A stretch of 64,000 nt of DNA from a bacterium. Its GTDB lineage: Bacteria; Patescibacteriota; Minisyncoccia; Portnoybacterales; GWB1-42-6. The translations under genes were made by a program, and so were the position numbers. Location: positions 5,781-69,780 of the forward strand of contig JAZDMV010000026.1 in NCBI GenBank assembly GCA_043800535.1, in the 5' to 3' direction. The notes beneath the pieces were generated by a model, which saw only the letters and a list, made by a program, of their open reading frames with translations, ran no database searches and was not told where the DNA came from. Positions 9,064 through 19,345 of the stretch are shown piece by piece. Numbering within the stretch: position 1 is the stretch's first letter; each line of letters starts with the position of its first letter.

Positions 9064-10407
9064 ATGGATTTGCAACAATTTTCATCAGCCATAGACCAGA
9101 TATGCGAGGAGAAAGGCATCTCAAAGGACAAGGTCATAGAAACGATTGAGATGGCCATTGCGGCTGCCTATAAAAAGGACTATGGCCACAAAGGTCAGAA
9201 TATCAGAGCTAAATTTGATTTTAAGACCGGTGCGGTCAAAATGTACCAGGTCAAATTAGTCGTGGACGAGACAATGATAAAAAGCGAGGAAGAAATTGCC
9301 AAAGAGATGGAAGAAGCGGCACAGGCCGGAACAGAACGGCCGGAAAGAGAAGAGGAGCTTGGCCAGGAAGGCGTAAAAAAAGTGCGCTTTAACGAGGATA
9401 AACATATTATGCTGGAAGAGGCCAAAAAAACAGATAAGAAAGTCAAACCGGCTGACGAGATGAGTTTTGAAATTGAGGCGCACGTGGATTTTGGCAGAAT
9501 TGCGGCGCAAACCGCCAAGCAAGTGATAATCCAGCGGATTCGCGAGGCGGAAAGAGAAGCGGTTTACGAGGAATTTAAGAATAAGGAAAGTCAGGTGGTC
9601 TCAGGAATTGTCCAGCGGATTGAGCGGGGTGCAGTGTTTGTTGACATTGGTCGGGCAGTTGGCGTGCTTTTCCCGGAAGAACAAATTCAGGGCGAATTTT
9701 ATCGTCCCGGCCAGCGGTTAAGATTTTTGATACTTGAAGTGCAGAAAGATCCCAAAGGCTCGGGCGTGATTTTGTCGCGCAGCCACCCCAAAATGGTTGC
9801 ACAGTTATTTGAACTTGAAGTGCCGGAAATTGCGGCTGGCACGGTTGAAATAAAATCAATTGCCAGAGAAGCCGGCTCGCGCACAAAAATTGCGGTTGCT
9901 TCAACTGAAGATGGTATTGACCCGATTGGTTCCTGCGTCGGGCAAAGAGGAACGAGGGTCCAGGCCGTGATAAATGAATTGGGTGGCGAAAAAATAGACA
10001 TTATTGAATGGTCTGAAAATTCGGCTAAATTTATTGCAAATTCTTTGGCGCCAGCGAAGGTTTTAAATGTGGATATCAGCGAGGCGGAAAAAATTGCCCG
10101 CGTTCAAGTGCCCGAAGAGCAGCTTTCGCTCGCCATCGGCAAAAAAGGTCAGAATGTGCGCCTCGCCGCGCGTCTGACCGGCTGGAAAATAGACGTGGCA
10201 GGAGCAGGGGCCAAGGCGGTTGAGGGGCAAGAGGTGAAAGAAGGCGAAACAAAAACCGAGGTGAAAACCGAAGAGAAAGAAAAAGAGGCAGAAAAAAAGG
10301 TTGAAGAGAAAAAAGAAGGCGAAGAAAAAAAAGAAGAGAGCGGTGTTCAAAAAGAGAAAAAAACTAAAAAAAGCAAAAAAGCGAAAAAAGAAAAAGAAGT
10401 AATTTAG
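9064..10407 (+). CDS. nusA: transcription termination factor NusA
   Basis: FGRIAAQTAKQVI, S1 and KH domains, LAIGKKGQNVRLAARLTGWKID; Lys/Glu-rich tail. Confidence 0.98.
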   Translation: MDLQQFSSAIDQICEEKGISKDKVIETIEMAIAAAYKKDYGHKGQNIRAKFDFKTGAVKMYQVKLVVDETMIKSEEEIAKEMEEAAQAGTERPEREEELGQEGVKKVRFNEDKHIMLEEAKKTDKKVKPADEMSFEIEAHVDFGRIAAQTAKQVIIQRIREAEREAVYEEFKNKESQVVSGIVQRIERGAVFVDIGRAVGVLFPEEQIQGEFYRPGQRLRFLILEVQKDPKGSGVILSRSHPKMVAQLFELEVPEIAAGTVEIKSIAREAGSRTKIAVASTEDGIDPIGSCVGQRGTRVQAVINELGGEKIDIIEWSENSAKFIANSLAPAKVLNVDISEAEKIARVQVPEEQLSLAIGKKGQNVRLAARLTGWKIDVAGAGAKAVEGQEVKEGETKTEVKTEEKEKEAEKKVEEKKEGEEKKEESGVQKEKKTKKSKKAKKEKEVI

Positions 10408-10493
10408 GCTCTACCAATTACGGATCTTTGCAAATAGTACAATATCATATTTGTAAAATTAGTAATAAATTCGTAATTTTGTAGGGTAAACTT

Positions 10494-12533
10494 ATGCATT
10501 TTGGCGTAATTATAGCAGTCGTCGTCAGCTTATTTGGTATTGGCTACGCTTTTTATCTGGCTAAAAAAATCATGGGCGAGCCGACCGGAGAAGGGAAAAT
10601 GGTTGAGATCTCAGGTTACATAAAAGAAGGGGCGACGGCATTTTTGAAAAGGCAGTATAAAACTATTTCGATGATCGCGATCGGCCTCGCAATTTTATTA
10701 TTTTTTGTATATAAATTTACCGGCGACGCGACATACGGTTTTCAAATTTCAGCGTCTTTTATTTTTGGCGCCGCTTTATCTTTGCTGGCTGGTTTTATTG
10801 GCATGTGGATTTCGGTCAGGTCCAATATCCGCGCCGCTTATGCCGCGCAAAATAGTTTTGCGAAGGCTTTGACAATTGCATTAAGAGGCGGAGCAGTTTC
10901 TGGCATAACGATTGTGGCGATGAGCTTGCTTGGCATTTCCGGGCTTTATCTGATTTATACTTTTTTTGGCTATGAAGTAGCCAAAATCCCTTCTCTGATC
11001 GTCGGATTCGGATTCGGCGCTTCGTTAGTGGCCTTGTTCGCGCAGCTTGGCGGCGGAATCTATACCAAAGCCGCTGATGTCGGGGCGGATCTGGTCGGCA
11101 AAATTGAAGCAGGGATTCCGGAAGATGATGCAAGAAACCCGGCGGTCATCGCGGACCTTGTCGGCGATAATGTCGGGGACTGCGCAGGCCGCGGAGCGGA
11201 CCTTTTTGAGTCAACGGCTGCCGAAAACATCGGAGCCATGATTTTGGGCGTAGTGTTATTCCCTCATTTCGGAATTAACGGTATTTTGTTCCCATTGGTG
11301 GTCAGGGCCTTTGGTCTTATTGCCAGCATCATTGGCGTTGCCGTGGTCAAGCCTAAAGAGACGGATGAGCCGATGAAGGCGCTTAACCGCGGATACCTTG
11401 TTTCCTGTGTTTTGGCGGCTATCGCGTTTTATTTTGTGACGATGCAGATGCTTGGCAGCATCTGGTTTTTCTACGCGGGGCTCGTCGGTATTCTGACAAG
11501 CATCGCCTTTGTTTTTATTACCCAATATTATACCGAGGCAAAATACCGGCCGGTGCAGGAAATTGTGCGCAGCTCTGCCACAGGCCACGCCACCAATATA
11601 ATCTCGGGGTTTTCGGTGGGTTTGGAATGTACAGCCGCGACAGTTATAACTATTTCAATTGCTTTGATCAGCGCCTATAAGCTTGGTTCTCTGACCGGTT
11701 TTGAGGGTGGCGGGATATTTGGGACAGCGGTGGCCACCATGGGAATGCTGGCAACAGCCGCCTATATTTTGGCCATGGACACTTTTGGTCCGATCACCGA
11801 TAACGCCGGCGGAATTGTTGAAATGTCCGGTGGTTCGGAAGAAACGAGAAAAGTAACCGATAAATTGGACGCGGCAGGCAACACAACCAAAGCCCTGACC
11901 AAGGGTTACGCGATGGGCAGCGCGGCTCTGGCGGCATTCCTGCTTTTTTCCGCTTATCTTCAAGAGGTGAAACTGACAATTGTTGATCTAGCAAAAGTTG
12001 AGGTTTTTGTCGGTGCGTTTATCGGCGCAATGCTCATATTTCTTTTTTCGGCCCTTGCGATTCGCGCGGTCGGCAAGGCGGCTTCTTACATTATTAACGA
12101 AGTGCGCCGGCAGTTTAAAGATGATCGTGGCATTATGGCAGGCACGAGCAAACCGAATTATTCAAGGTGCGTTGACATTACGACCAGGGGCGCTTTGAAA
12201 CAGATGATTTTGCCAGGGGTGCTCGCAGTTGCGATTCCGGTGGCTACTGGCCTGATTTTGGGGGCAGAAGCAGAAGCCGGTCTCATTATGGTTGGTACGA
12301 TTGTCGGTTTGCTTTTGGCAACGGTTATGAATAATAGCGGTGGCGCCTGGGATAATGCCAAAAAATTTATTGAAGCGGGAAATTATGGCGGCAAAGGGAG
12401 CGCGGCTCACGCAGCTTCGGTGACTGGCGATACGGTTGGAGATCCGTTCAAAGACACGGCCGGTCCTTCTCTGCACGTTTTGGTTAAATTGCTTGGTACT
12501 TTGACGCTGGCTCTGGCGGCACTTTTTATGTAG
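10494..12533 (+). CDS. hppA: membrane-bound ion-translocating pyrophosphatase
   Basis: GGIYTKAADVGADLVGK.E, DNVGD, GNTTKALTKG, GDTVGDPFKDTAGP. Confidence 0.97.
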   Translation: MHFGVIIAVVVSLFGIGYAFYLAKKIMGEPTGEGKMVEISGYIKEGATAFLKRQYKTISMIAIGLAILLFFVYKFTGDATYGFQISASFIFGAALSLLAGFIGMWISVRSNIRAAYAAQNSFAKALTIALRGGAVSGITIVAMSLLGISGLYLIYTFFGYEVAKIPSLIVGFGFGASLVALFAQLGGGIYTKAADVGADLVGKIEAGIPEDDARNPAVIADLVGDNVGDCAGRGADLFESTAAENIGAMILGVVLFPHFGINGILFPLVVRAFGLIASIIGVAVVKPKETDEPMKALNRGYLVSCVLAAIAFYFVTMQMLGSIWFFYAGLVGILTSIAFVFITQYYTEAKYRPVQEIVRSSATGHATNIISGFSVGLECTAATVITISIALISAYKLGSLTGFEGGGIFGTAVATMGMLATAAYILAMDTFGPITDNAGGIVEMSGGSEETRKVTDKLDAAGNTTKALTKGYAMGSAALAAFLLFSAYLQEVKLTIVDLAKVEVFVGAFIGAMLIFLFSALAIRAVGKAASYIINEVRRQFKDDRGIMAGTSKPNYSRCVDITTRGALKQMILPGVLAVAIPVATGLILGAEAEAGLIMVGTIVGLLLATVMNNSGGAWDNAKKFIEAGNYGGKGSAAHAASVTGDTVGDPFKDTAGPSLHVLVKLLGTLTLALAALFM

Positions 12534-12543
12534 ATTTTTTATT

Positions 12544-12978
12544 CCCTCTCCTCAGTTGAGGAGAGGGGTAGGGAGAGGTGTTGAATATGAGGACTATTCA
12601 TAATTTGAAAAATAAGGAGCAATTCCGTAAGAAGTTGAGAAATTCGGCCACTCCTCAAGAAATAATTCTCTGGTCAAAACTGAAAAGTAATCAGTTATGC
12701 TATAAATTCCGGCGGCAGCATTCTATCGCGAAATACATCGTTGATTTTTATTGCCCGCAAAAGCGCCTGATTATTGAAATAGATGGCAGCCAGCACATAG
12801 ACTCAGAACACGATAAGAAACGCGACAGATATTTAGAAGGGTTAGGATTCAGAATTTTAAGATTTTGGGATAATGACGTAAATAATAATTTAGAAGGTAT
12901 CCTGCTAAAAATTACTGAAAATTTGAAATAATTTTATCAACACCACCCCCGACCCCTCCTCGTCTGAGGAGGGGAGGG
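12544..12978. mobile_element. palindrome-bounded DUF559 endonuclease element
   Basis: CCCTCTCCTCAGTTGAGGAGAGGGGTAGGGAGAGGTGTTGA at left, inverted TCAACACCACCCCCGACCCCTCCTCGTCTGAGGAGGGGAGGG at right. Confidence 0.75.
12587..12931 (+). CDS. DUF559 (Vsr-like) endonuclease
   Basis: RKKLR..AT..E..LW, KFRRQ, YIVDFYC, IEIDGSQH, RD..L...GFRILRF. Confidence 0.93.
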   Translation: MRTIHNLKNKEQFRKKLRNSATPQEIILWSKLKSNQLCYKFRRQHSIAKYIVDFYCPQKRLIIEIDGSQHIDSEHDKKRDRYLEGLGFRILRFWDNDVNNNLEGILLKITENLK

Positions 12979-13054
12979 CAGAGAAAATAAAAAAAGACCA
13001 GTCGCGGGGACTGGTCTGAAGGTATTATTTGGTATATCGGTTTTACTTCGTTGT

Positions 13055-13258
13055 TCAATGATTGCACAGGTAGACTATCGGCTCATTTTCTCGGACGATC
13101 TGGACTTCTCCGAGCCCATTAATCGCGGCGTAACGGACGGACGCGTTTAAATTAGGGCAGCGAAGGTCGATTTTCGTGAGTAGCGGTGCAAGCTCGCCAC
13201 ATTCGATATCCTTTTTAAAGGCAAATTTTTCCCCCTTTGCTAAGTCTGCGAATTGCAT
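13055..13258 (-). CDS. small hypothetical protein
   Basis: strong SD GAAAGGAGG before ATG. Confidence 0.6.
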   Translation of the reverse strand: MQFADLAKGEKFAFKKDIECGELAPLLTKIDLRCPNLNASVRYAAINGLGEVQIVRENEPIVYLCNH

Positions 13259-13293
13259 AACCCCCTCCTTTCTAAAGATCAATTCAGCTAAAT

Positions 13294-13503
13294 TTAGCTG
13301 ATGTCAGATTCGCGGCCCATATTGTCTTCTTTGACCACCTTAACGAATTTAAGGCCTGCCGGTGTTGCATCCTTCGCCATTTTTTCGATTTCTTCCTTTG
13401 GTGTCCCGTCTGGGACATCCGCCCTTATGATAGGCCGTGTGGTTCTGGGAGTAAAAGGATTTAGCTTGGGGTTTGGGTCTCTATATATCGCCTTAACCTT
13501 CAT
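13294..13503 (-). CDS. small hypothetical protein
   Basis: strong SD GAAAGGAGG before ATG at 13503. Confidence 0.6.
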   Translation of the reverse strand: MKVKAIYRDPNPKLNPFTPRTTRPIIRADVPDGTPKEEIEKMAKDATPAGLKFVKVVKEDNMGRESDIS

Positions 13504-13570
13504 TTTTTGCCCTCCTTTCATAGTAGATAAATCAGATTATCATAAATACAAATTTTGTCAAAAATTTAAA

Positions 13571-13630
13571 TGTCATTCCCGCGAAAGCGGGAATCTAGGT
13601 CTTGGATTCCGGATCAAGTCCGGAATGACA
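13571..13630. repeat. TGTC/CGTC-type REP-like palindrome pair
   Basis: TGTCATTCCCGCGAAAGCGGGAATC ... GATTCCGGATCAAGTCCGGAATGACA. Confidence 0.88.
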
Positions 13631-13644
13631 AATAGGACGTAAAT

Positions 13645-14934
13645 ATGAAAGTAGAAATCACCAAACTCCCAAAATCAGAAATAGAATTAAAAGTTGAAGT
13701 GCCTTCGGAAGAGTGGCAGGAATTTATTAATGAGGCCGCGAAAGAACTATCGCGCGATCTGAAAATTGAGGGGTTCAGGCCGGGGCACGCGCCCTCAAAA
13801 ATGGTTGAAGAGCGTATTGGTCTTGATAAAATTCTGGAAAAAGCGACGGATCTGTGCGTCAAAAAATGCTATGTGGAAGCGATTTTGGACGATAACATTC
13901 AAGCCATAGGCCGGCCGGAGATTAGCGTGACAAAAATCGCCAAAGACAATCCTTTTGAATTTAAGGCGCGCTTGGCGGTTCTGCCGGAAGTGAAACTGCC
14001 CGATTATAAAAAAATCGCGCGTGATGCGGCAAAAGATAAAAAAGAGATAAGCATTTCTGAAGAAGAAATAAATAAGTCGCTTGAATGGCTGCAAAGATCG
14101 CGGACAAAATATTCAACTGTGGCGCGGCCAGCGCAAGCAGGGGACAGGGCGGAGGTTGATTTTGAGGGTGAATGCGAAGGCGAGAAACTGCCCGAGCTTT
14201 GCAGCAAAAACCATCCGGCAGTTTTGGGACGCGGTTATTTTATGCCCGGATTTGAAGAAAATTTGCTAGGCATGAAGGAAGGCGAGGAAAAACAATTCAG
14301 CCTGCTTTTGCGCGAGGACTTTGAGCCAAAACGGCTGGCGGGCAAAATGATCGATTTTCGCGCCAAAATGAATTTAGTGCAGGAAAGCAAGCTGCCAGAG
14401 CTAAATGATGCATTTGCCCAGGGAATTGGAAGTTTTAAGGATTTGGCGGCTTTACAAGCGAGCGTCAAAGATGGCGTTTTAGCCGAAAAGAAGGAGCAGG
14501 AGCGCGACCGCTGGCGGACAAAATTAATAGAGGAAATTGCCAAAAAATCGAACATGGAAATTCCGGAAATCATGGTTGAGGGGGAAGTCCATCGGATGCT
14601 GGATGAGCTGAAAGCCAAAATTAGCCAGGTCGGGCTGACATACGAACAATATCTTGAGCGTTTTAAAAAGACCGAACAAATATTGCATGAGGAATTCGAA
14701 AAAATAGCAGGAGAGAAGGTAAGGGCGTATCTGACGCTCAAAGAGATCGCTATGCAGGAAAAAATAGAGGTCAGCGAAGAAGAGGTAACAAAAGAGGTCG
14801 ATCAGGCATTGCGCCATTTTGCTGGCCAGGAACAAGCGGAAAAAAATATTGACTTAGAGCAGTTAAAAGAGTATAGTAAAGACGTATTAAAAAACCGTAA
14901 GGTTTTTGAAATATTAGAAAACGACTCCGTTTGA
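13645..14934 (+). CDS. tig: trigger factor
   Basis: GFRPGHAP signature, FKBP-like GD...VDFEG..PGFEE; upstream of clpP. Confidence 0.96.
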   Translation: MKVEITKLPKSEIELKVEVPSEEWQEFINEAAKELSRDLKIEGFRPGHAPSKMVEERIGLDKILEKATDLCVKKCYVEAILDDNIQAIGRPEISVTKIAKDNPFEFKARLAVLPEVKLPDYKKIARDAAKDKKEISISEEEINKSLEWLQRSRTKYSTVARPAQAGDRAEVDFEGECEGEKLPELCSKNHPAVLGRGYFMPGFEENLLGMKEGEEKQFSLLLREDFEPKRLAGKMIDFRAKMNLVQESKLPELNDAFAQGIGSFKDLAALQASVKDGVLAEKKEQERDRWRTKLIEEIAKKSNMEIPEIMVEGEVHRMLDELKAKISQVGLTYEQYLERFKKTEQILHEEFEKIAGEKVRAYLTLKEIAMQEKIEVSEEEVTKEVDQALRHFAGQEQAEKNIDLEQLKEYSKDVLKNRKVFEILENDSV

Positions 14935-14939
14935 CGGAG

Positions 14940-15031
14940 CGTCCCGAGCGAGTGAAACAAGCGATGGATCCCGAGTGAAACAACGGGATTGTTTCGTCGC
15001 CCCGCACTGTGCGGGACTCCTCGCAACGACA
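14940..15031. repeat. CGTC-type REP-like element
   Basis: CGTCCCGAGCGAG ... GATTGTTTCGTCG...CTCCTCGCAACGACA; related copy at 59182-59264. Confidence 0.7.
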
Positions 15032-15081
15032 AATAATTTATAAGTTTTAGGTCTAACCATTAATTAGGCAAAAGACGACAA

Positions 15082-15669
15082 ATGAATCTGATCCCGACCG
15101 TGATCGAAAAATCGCAATTTGGCGAGCGCGCCTATGATATCTATTCCCGCCTTTTAAAAGAGCGGATCATTTTTTTGGGGACACCAATCACAGATGATGT
15201 TGCGAATGCCATTATTGCGCAACTTCTGTTCCTGGAAAGCCAGGACCAAAAAAAGGATATCATTATGTATATCAACACGCCCGGCGGCGTGGTATACTCT
15301 GGCCTTGCTATATATGACACCATGCGGTATGTGAAGCCGGATATTTCCACGATTTGCGTTGGCGTAGCAGCCAGCATGGGCGCGGTTTTGCTTACTGCCG
15401 GAACCGAGGGGAAGCGCTATATGCTGCCCAATTCCCAGGCCTTGCTTCATCAGGTGATGGGTGGGGCTGAAGGACAGGCAGTTGATGTTGATATCGCGGC
15501 GAGACAAATCATAAAGCTTAAGGATCGGCTCAATCAGATTCTTGCCAAGCATACGAGACAGGAACTCAAAAAAATAGAGCGAGATACGGACAGGGATTTT
15601 TATATGTCAGCGGAAGAGGCAAAGGCCTATGGTTTGATAGACAAAATCATCAAGGCCAAAGCGTCATAG
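15082..15669 (+). CDS. clpP: ATP-dependent Clp protease proteolytic subunit
   Basis: [33 protein letters not shown]. Confidence 0.98.
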   Translation: MNLIPTVIEKSQFGERAYDIYSRLLKERIIFLGTPITDDVANAIIAQLLFLESQDQKKDIIMYINTPGGVVYSGLAIYDTMRYVKPDISTICVGVAASMGAVLLTAGTEGKRYMLPNSQALLHQVMGGAEGQAVDVDIAARQIIKLKDRLNQILAKHTRQELKKIERDTDRDFYMSAEEAKAYGLIDKIIKAKAS

Positions 15670-15709
15670 CTCGTCAAATTAATGGTTAGGGCGACGAACT
15701 GCTCTAACT

Positions 15710-17239
15710 ATGGAATACATAGGATATTTAGCCGCATTTTTTGTGGCTCTGACAGCAGGGTCATTTTTAGGTTATTGGGCGCGTCAGACCATTGCAAAAA
15801 AACAGCTTGGCAGCGCCGAAGCAAAGCTCAATAAATTAAGCGAAGATGCTAAGAATGAAACCAAGGAGATTTTGTTAAAAGCGAAAGAGCGGGCGGTGCA
15901 GATAATTGAGGAGGCGGAAAAGCAGGAAAGAGAACGCAAGCAGCAGCTGATAAAGATGGAGGAGCGGATGGAAAAGCGCGAAGAAAATCTTGACCGCAAA
16001 ACAGAAGAAGCAGAGAAAAAATATCAGGAGCTGATGGATAAGATAGAACGAGTAAAGCAGATAAAACAGGAGCTGGAAAATTTCAGTCAGACGCAAAAAG
16101 AGAAGCTGGAAAAAATTGCGGCGATGTCGCAGGAGGAAGCAAAAAAAGAATTATTGGCGATGACGGAAAAAGATTATGCGCAAGTTCTGGTTGAGCGGAT
16201 TAAAAAACTTGAAGAAGACGGCCACGAAGAGCTGGAAAAACGGGCGCGCGATATCATAACTTTAGCGATGCAGCGCTATGCCGCTTCGCAGGCAGCGGAA
16301 ATTTCAACGACCTCAGTTAATTTGCCTTCGGATGACCTAAAAGGCAGAATTATCGGCAAAGAGGGGCGCAATATAAAAACGCTTGAAAAATTGACCGGAG
16401 TTGAAGTAATTGTTGACGACACGCCGGGTGCCATTGTGATTTCCGGCTTTGACCCGGTGCGGCGGCAAATCGCGAAAATAGCGCTTGAAAAATTGATGGC
16501 TGATGGCCGCATTCAGCCCGCACGCATTGAAGAAACAGTAGAAAAAGCCAAGGAAGAGATTGGGGCCAAAATTCAGGAAGCGGGCGAGGCGGCGGTTTAT
16601 GACACAGGTGTGGCAGGGCTTGATCCAAAGCTCGTCAAAATTTTAGGACGTCTGCGCTTCCGTACCAGTTACGGCCAGAATGTTTTGCTGCATTCGGTTG
16701 AGGTGGCACATCTGGCAGGGGCCATTGCTTCCGAAATTGGCGCTGATGCTACTTTGGCCAAAAAAGCAGGGCTTTTGCATGATATTGGAAAAGCGATAGA
16801 TCACGAAGTCCAGGGCTCACACACGGAAATTGGCAAAACTATCTTGGAAAAATTCAACATCTCGCCAGAGATTGTAAAAGCGGTTGTTTCTCATCACGAG
16901 GAGTATCCGCATGAAAGCCCAGAGTCGGTCATTGTTGAGGTAGCTGACGCAATTTCCGCCTCGCGGCCAGGCGCAAGGAAAGATACGCTCGAGGCATACC
17001 TTAAGCGGCTTGAGGAACTAGAAAAAATTTCCAATTCTTTTGAGGGTGTGGAAAAATCTTTTGCCATTCAGGCGGGCAGAGAGATCCGCGTGTTTGTTCA
17101 GCCCGAGAAAATGGACGATCTGCAGTCGCGTAAACTTGCCCGCGATATTGCAGACAAAATTCAGGAAGAGCTGAAGTACCCCGGCGAGATAAAAGTTAAT
17201 GTGATAAGGGAGACTCGTGTTGTTGAATATGCGCGTTAA
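15710..17239 (+). CDS. rny: ribonuclease Y
   Basis: TM, coiled coil, KH KGRIIGKEGRNI, HD LLHDIGKA. Confidence 0.98.
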   Translation: MEYIGYLAAFFVALTAGSFLGYWARQTIAKKQLGSAEAKLNKLSEDAKNETKEILLKAKERAVQIIEEAEKQERERKQQLIKMEERMEKREENLDRKTEEAEKKYQELMDKIERVKQIKQELENFSQTQKEKLEKIAAMSQEEAKKELLAMTEKDYAQVLVERIKKLEEDGHEELEKRARDIITLAMQRYAASQAAEISTTSVNLPSDDLKGRIIGKEGRNIKTLEKLTGVEVIVDDTPGAIVISGFDPVRRQIAKIALEKLMADGRIQPARIEETVEKAKEEIGAKIQEAGEAAVYDTGVAGLDPKLVKILGRLRFRTSYGQNVLLHSVEVAHLAGAIASEIGADATLAKKAGLLHDIGKAIDHEVQGSHTEIGKTILEKFNISPEIVKAVVSHHEEYPHESPESVIVEVADAISASRPGARKDTLEAYLKRLEELEKISNSFEGVEKSFAIQAGREIRVFVQPEKMDDLQSRKLARDIADKIQEELKYPGEIKVNVIRETRVVEYAR

Positions 17240-17333
17240 TTTCTTAGTTTCCCAGTTTCCTAATTTCTAAGTTGCAGAAGGAACAAAGAAATTAGGAAAT
17301 AAAGAAACTGGGGAATTATAATTTATATTGAAT

Positions 17334-18149
17334 ATGAAAGTTTTATTCTTCGGCGACATTGTCGGCAAACCAGGCCGGCAGGCAATTAAAAAAATTCTGC
17401 CAAAGCTCAAAGAAAAACATGAGCCGGATTTGGTTTGTGCTAACGGCGAAAATCTGGCGCACGGCAAAGGAATTTCGCGTGACAGCATAAAAGAAGTTTT
17501 GGATGCGGGTGTTGATTGGCTGACGCTTGGCAATCATGCGTTTGCCAAAAAAGGGGCCAGCGACATCCTGGAAGAGAAAGAAATTCCTGTTTTGCGGCCG
17601 TTGAATTGGGCGCCCGGGATTCCGGGCAGGGGAGTGGCGGAAATTAATATCCGCTCAAAAAAGATTTTATTGGTCAATCTTGTTGGCCGTGTTTTTTTGC
17701 AGCAGGATTTTGAGAATCCCTTTGTGGCGATGAATGAAATTTTGGATGACTATTCGCTTAAAAAGGAATCGGGCAAAGAAAAGGTTAATGCGATAATAAT
17801 TGACTGGCACGCCGAAGCCACTTCTGAAAAAATGGCCATGGGCTGGCATCTGGATGGTCGGGTTTCGGCGGTGCTCGGCACGCATACACATACAGGAACC
17901 GATGACTGGCGGGTTTTACCCGAAGGCACGGCTTTTGTTTCCGATATCGGCATGGTGGGGCCGCAGGATTCGGTGTTGGGCGTTGATAAAGATACAATCG
18001 TTAAGCGATTTTTGACCCAACTGCCTTATCAGATGGAAGTGGCAGAAGGAAAAGTTTTGATTAATGCGGTTTTGGTCACGCTTGACGAGAAAACCGGTTT
18101 GGCGGAAAATATAGAGAAGATAAAGGAAATAATTGATGTTGAGAATTAA
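17334..18149 (+). CDS. ymdB: YmdB family metallophosphoesterase (TIGR00282)
   Basis: GDIVG.PGR, NGEN, TLGNH, DWHAEATSEK, GTHTH. Confidence 0.95.
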   Translation: MKVLFFGDIVGKPGRQAIKKILPKLKEKHEPDLVCANGENLAHGKGISRDSIKEVLDAGVDWLTLGNHAFAKKGASDILEEKEIPVLRPLNWAPGIPGRGVAEINIRSKKILLVNLVGRVFLQQDFENPFVAMNEILDDYSLKKESGKEKVNAIIIDWHAEATSEKMAMGWHLDGRVSAVLGTHTHTGTDDWRVLPEGTAFVSDIGMVGPQDSVLGVDKDTIVKRFLTQLPYQMEVAEGKVLINAVLVTLDEKTGLAENIEKIKEIIDVEN

Positions 18150-18267
18150 ATGTTTACCGTAGACCGACTACGGGCTACCGCATAACAGATTGACGGTAGA
18201 CGGTGGTCAGCAATCGGCAGGCGACTAAAAGGTCGAATTTTGTATAAATGAATTATTATTCAAAAAA

Positions 18268-18540
18268 ATGACAAAAGACGAATTAATTGATGCGGTCGCG
18301 GCCAAATGTGCCTGTTCAAAAAAAGCGGCCGCCGAATGTCTTGAAGCGGTTTTGGATGAGACAACAAAGGCGATGCAGAAAGGAGATAGAGTTGTTTTAA
18401 CCGGCTTTGGCGCATTCCAGGTTTCAAAAAGAGCAGCGCGCAGAGGCGTTAATCCAAAAACTGGCGCAAAAATCCAGATTCCGGCCATGAAAGTTCCCAA
18501 ATTCAAAGCTGGCAAGGCGCTAAAAGACGCGGTGCGATAA
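18268..18540 (+). CDS. hup: HU family DNA-binding protein
   Basis: GFGAF...RAARRGVNPKTG, PKFKAGKALK. Confidence 0.97.
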   Translation: MTKDELIDAVAAKCACSKKAAAECLEAVLDETTKAMQKGDRVVLTGFGAFQVSKRAARRGVNPKTGAKIQIPAMKVPKFKAGKALKDAVR

Positions 18541-18642
18541 ATCCCCACACCTTGCCGTGGAATAATTAGTCTTAAACGGCAAGGGATAGAACATCTATAA
18601 AACCCGCGAATCTGATTGCAGGCTAAAAGGTGTGGGGATAAA
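18538..18642. mobile_element. CCCC...GGGG inverted-repeat mini-element with TAAA direct repeats
   Basis: taaa-TCCCCACACCTT ... AAGGTGTGGGGA-taaa; left repeat includes the hup stop codon. Confidence 0.8.
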
Positions 18643-18658
18643 ATTTCCAAAGTATATT

Positions 18659-18703
18659 TTATATAAACAAAAAACCCGTGAATAGGGTTTTTTGTTTATA
18701 TAA
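18659..18703. terminator. bidirectional intrinsic terminator
   Basis: TTATATAAACAAAAAACCC-gtgaata-GGGTTTTTTGTTTATATAA between convergent genes. Confidence 0.8.
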
Positions 18704-18735
18704 AAGTTCAGTTTTTTAGGGGACTCGCAATCCTG

Positions 18736-19089
18736 TTATTTTTCAGCGAGTTCCCTTTCCCGCTCCTTTAATACTTGTAAATCTTTTTCGTATTGTTTCA
18801 GGCTTTCTTTCACAAATTTTTCTGTGATACCCCGGAAGATAAGTACATGCTCTATTAAAAATTGAGCCATTTTTGATCTTTGTTCAATACTTTCTGTCCC
18901 TTCGCGTAGTTGTTGGATGCGGGTTTCAAGATTATTTATGTAATTGGTGAGCGTTACTGCATCTATTTTGTCTATTTCAGAAATACTAATGCCCATTTCT
19001 TCAAAAAAACTTTGTGGTTCTGGTATGGTTTCGTTTTCTAGCTTGTCAGAGTCAATTTGCTGTTCTTGTTTTGGCTGTTCAATGCCCAT
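18736..19089 (-). CDS. hypothetical coiled-coil orphan protein
   Basis: 117 aa ORF, Glu/Lys-rich. Confidence 0.65.
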   Translation of the reverse strand: MGIEQPKQEQQIDSDKLENETIPEPQSFFEEMGISISEIDKIDAVTLTNYINNLETRIQQLREGTESIEQRSKMAQFLIEHVLIFRGITEKFVKESLKQYEKDLQVLKERERELAEK

Positions 19090-19155
19090 ATATAGAAATA
19101 TTTTTATTAATTTTTAAGAAGCTCGACCGACCTCCTTTTTGATATTAATAAATCT

Positions 19156-19170
19156 TGGAGCGGGTGATGG
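19156..19170 (-). repeat. duplicated 3' end of tRNA-Gly
   Basis: tGGAGCGGGtGATGG versus GGAGCGGGcGATGG at 19272-19285. Confidence 0.7.
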
Positions 19171-19273
19171 TCTCCTTCACCCCGCCAAACACGGGGCTTC
19201 GGAAGACCAATGCATCCGCGCTTTATGGTGTTCCGTCAAAGCGTACCATTCTGTAGCCTTGGCGGAAGATGGG

Positions 19274-19345
<72 letters not shown>

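Noticed and set aside
19176-19200. TTCACCCCG...CGGGG as another CCCC...GGGG element in a T-loop
   Set aside because: Stem is only 5 bp and sits inside a different palindrome; the flank is not a proper T-arm
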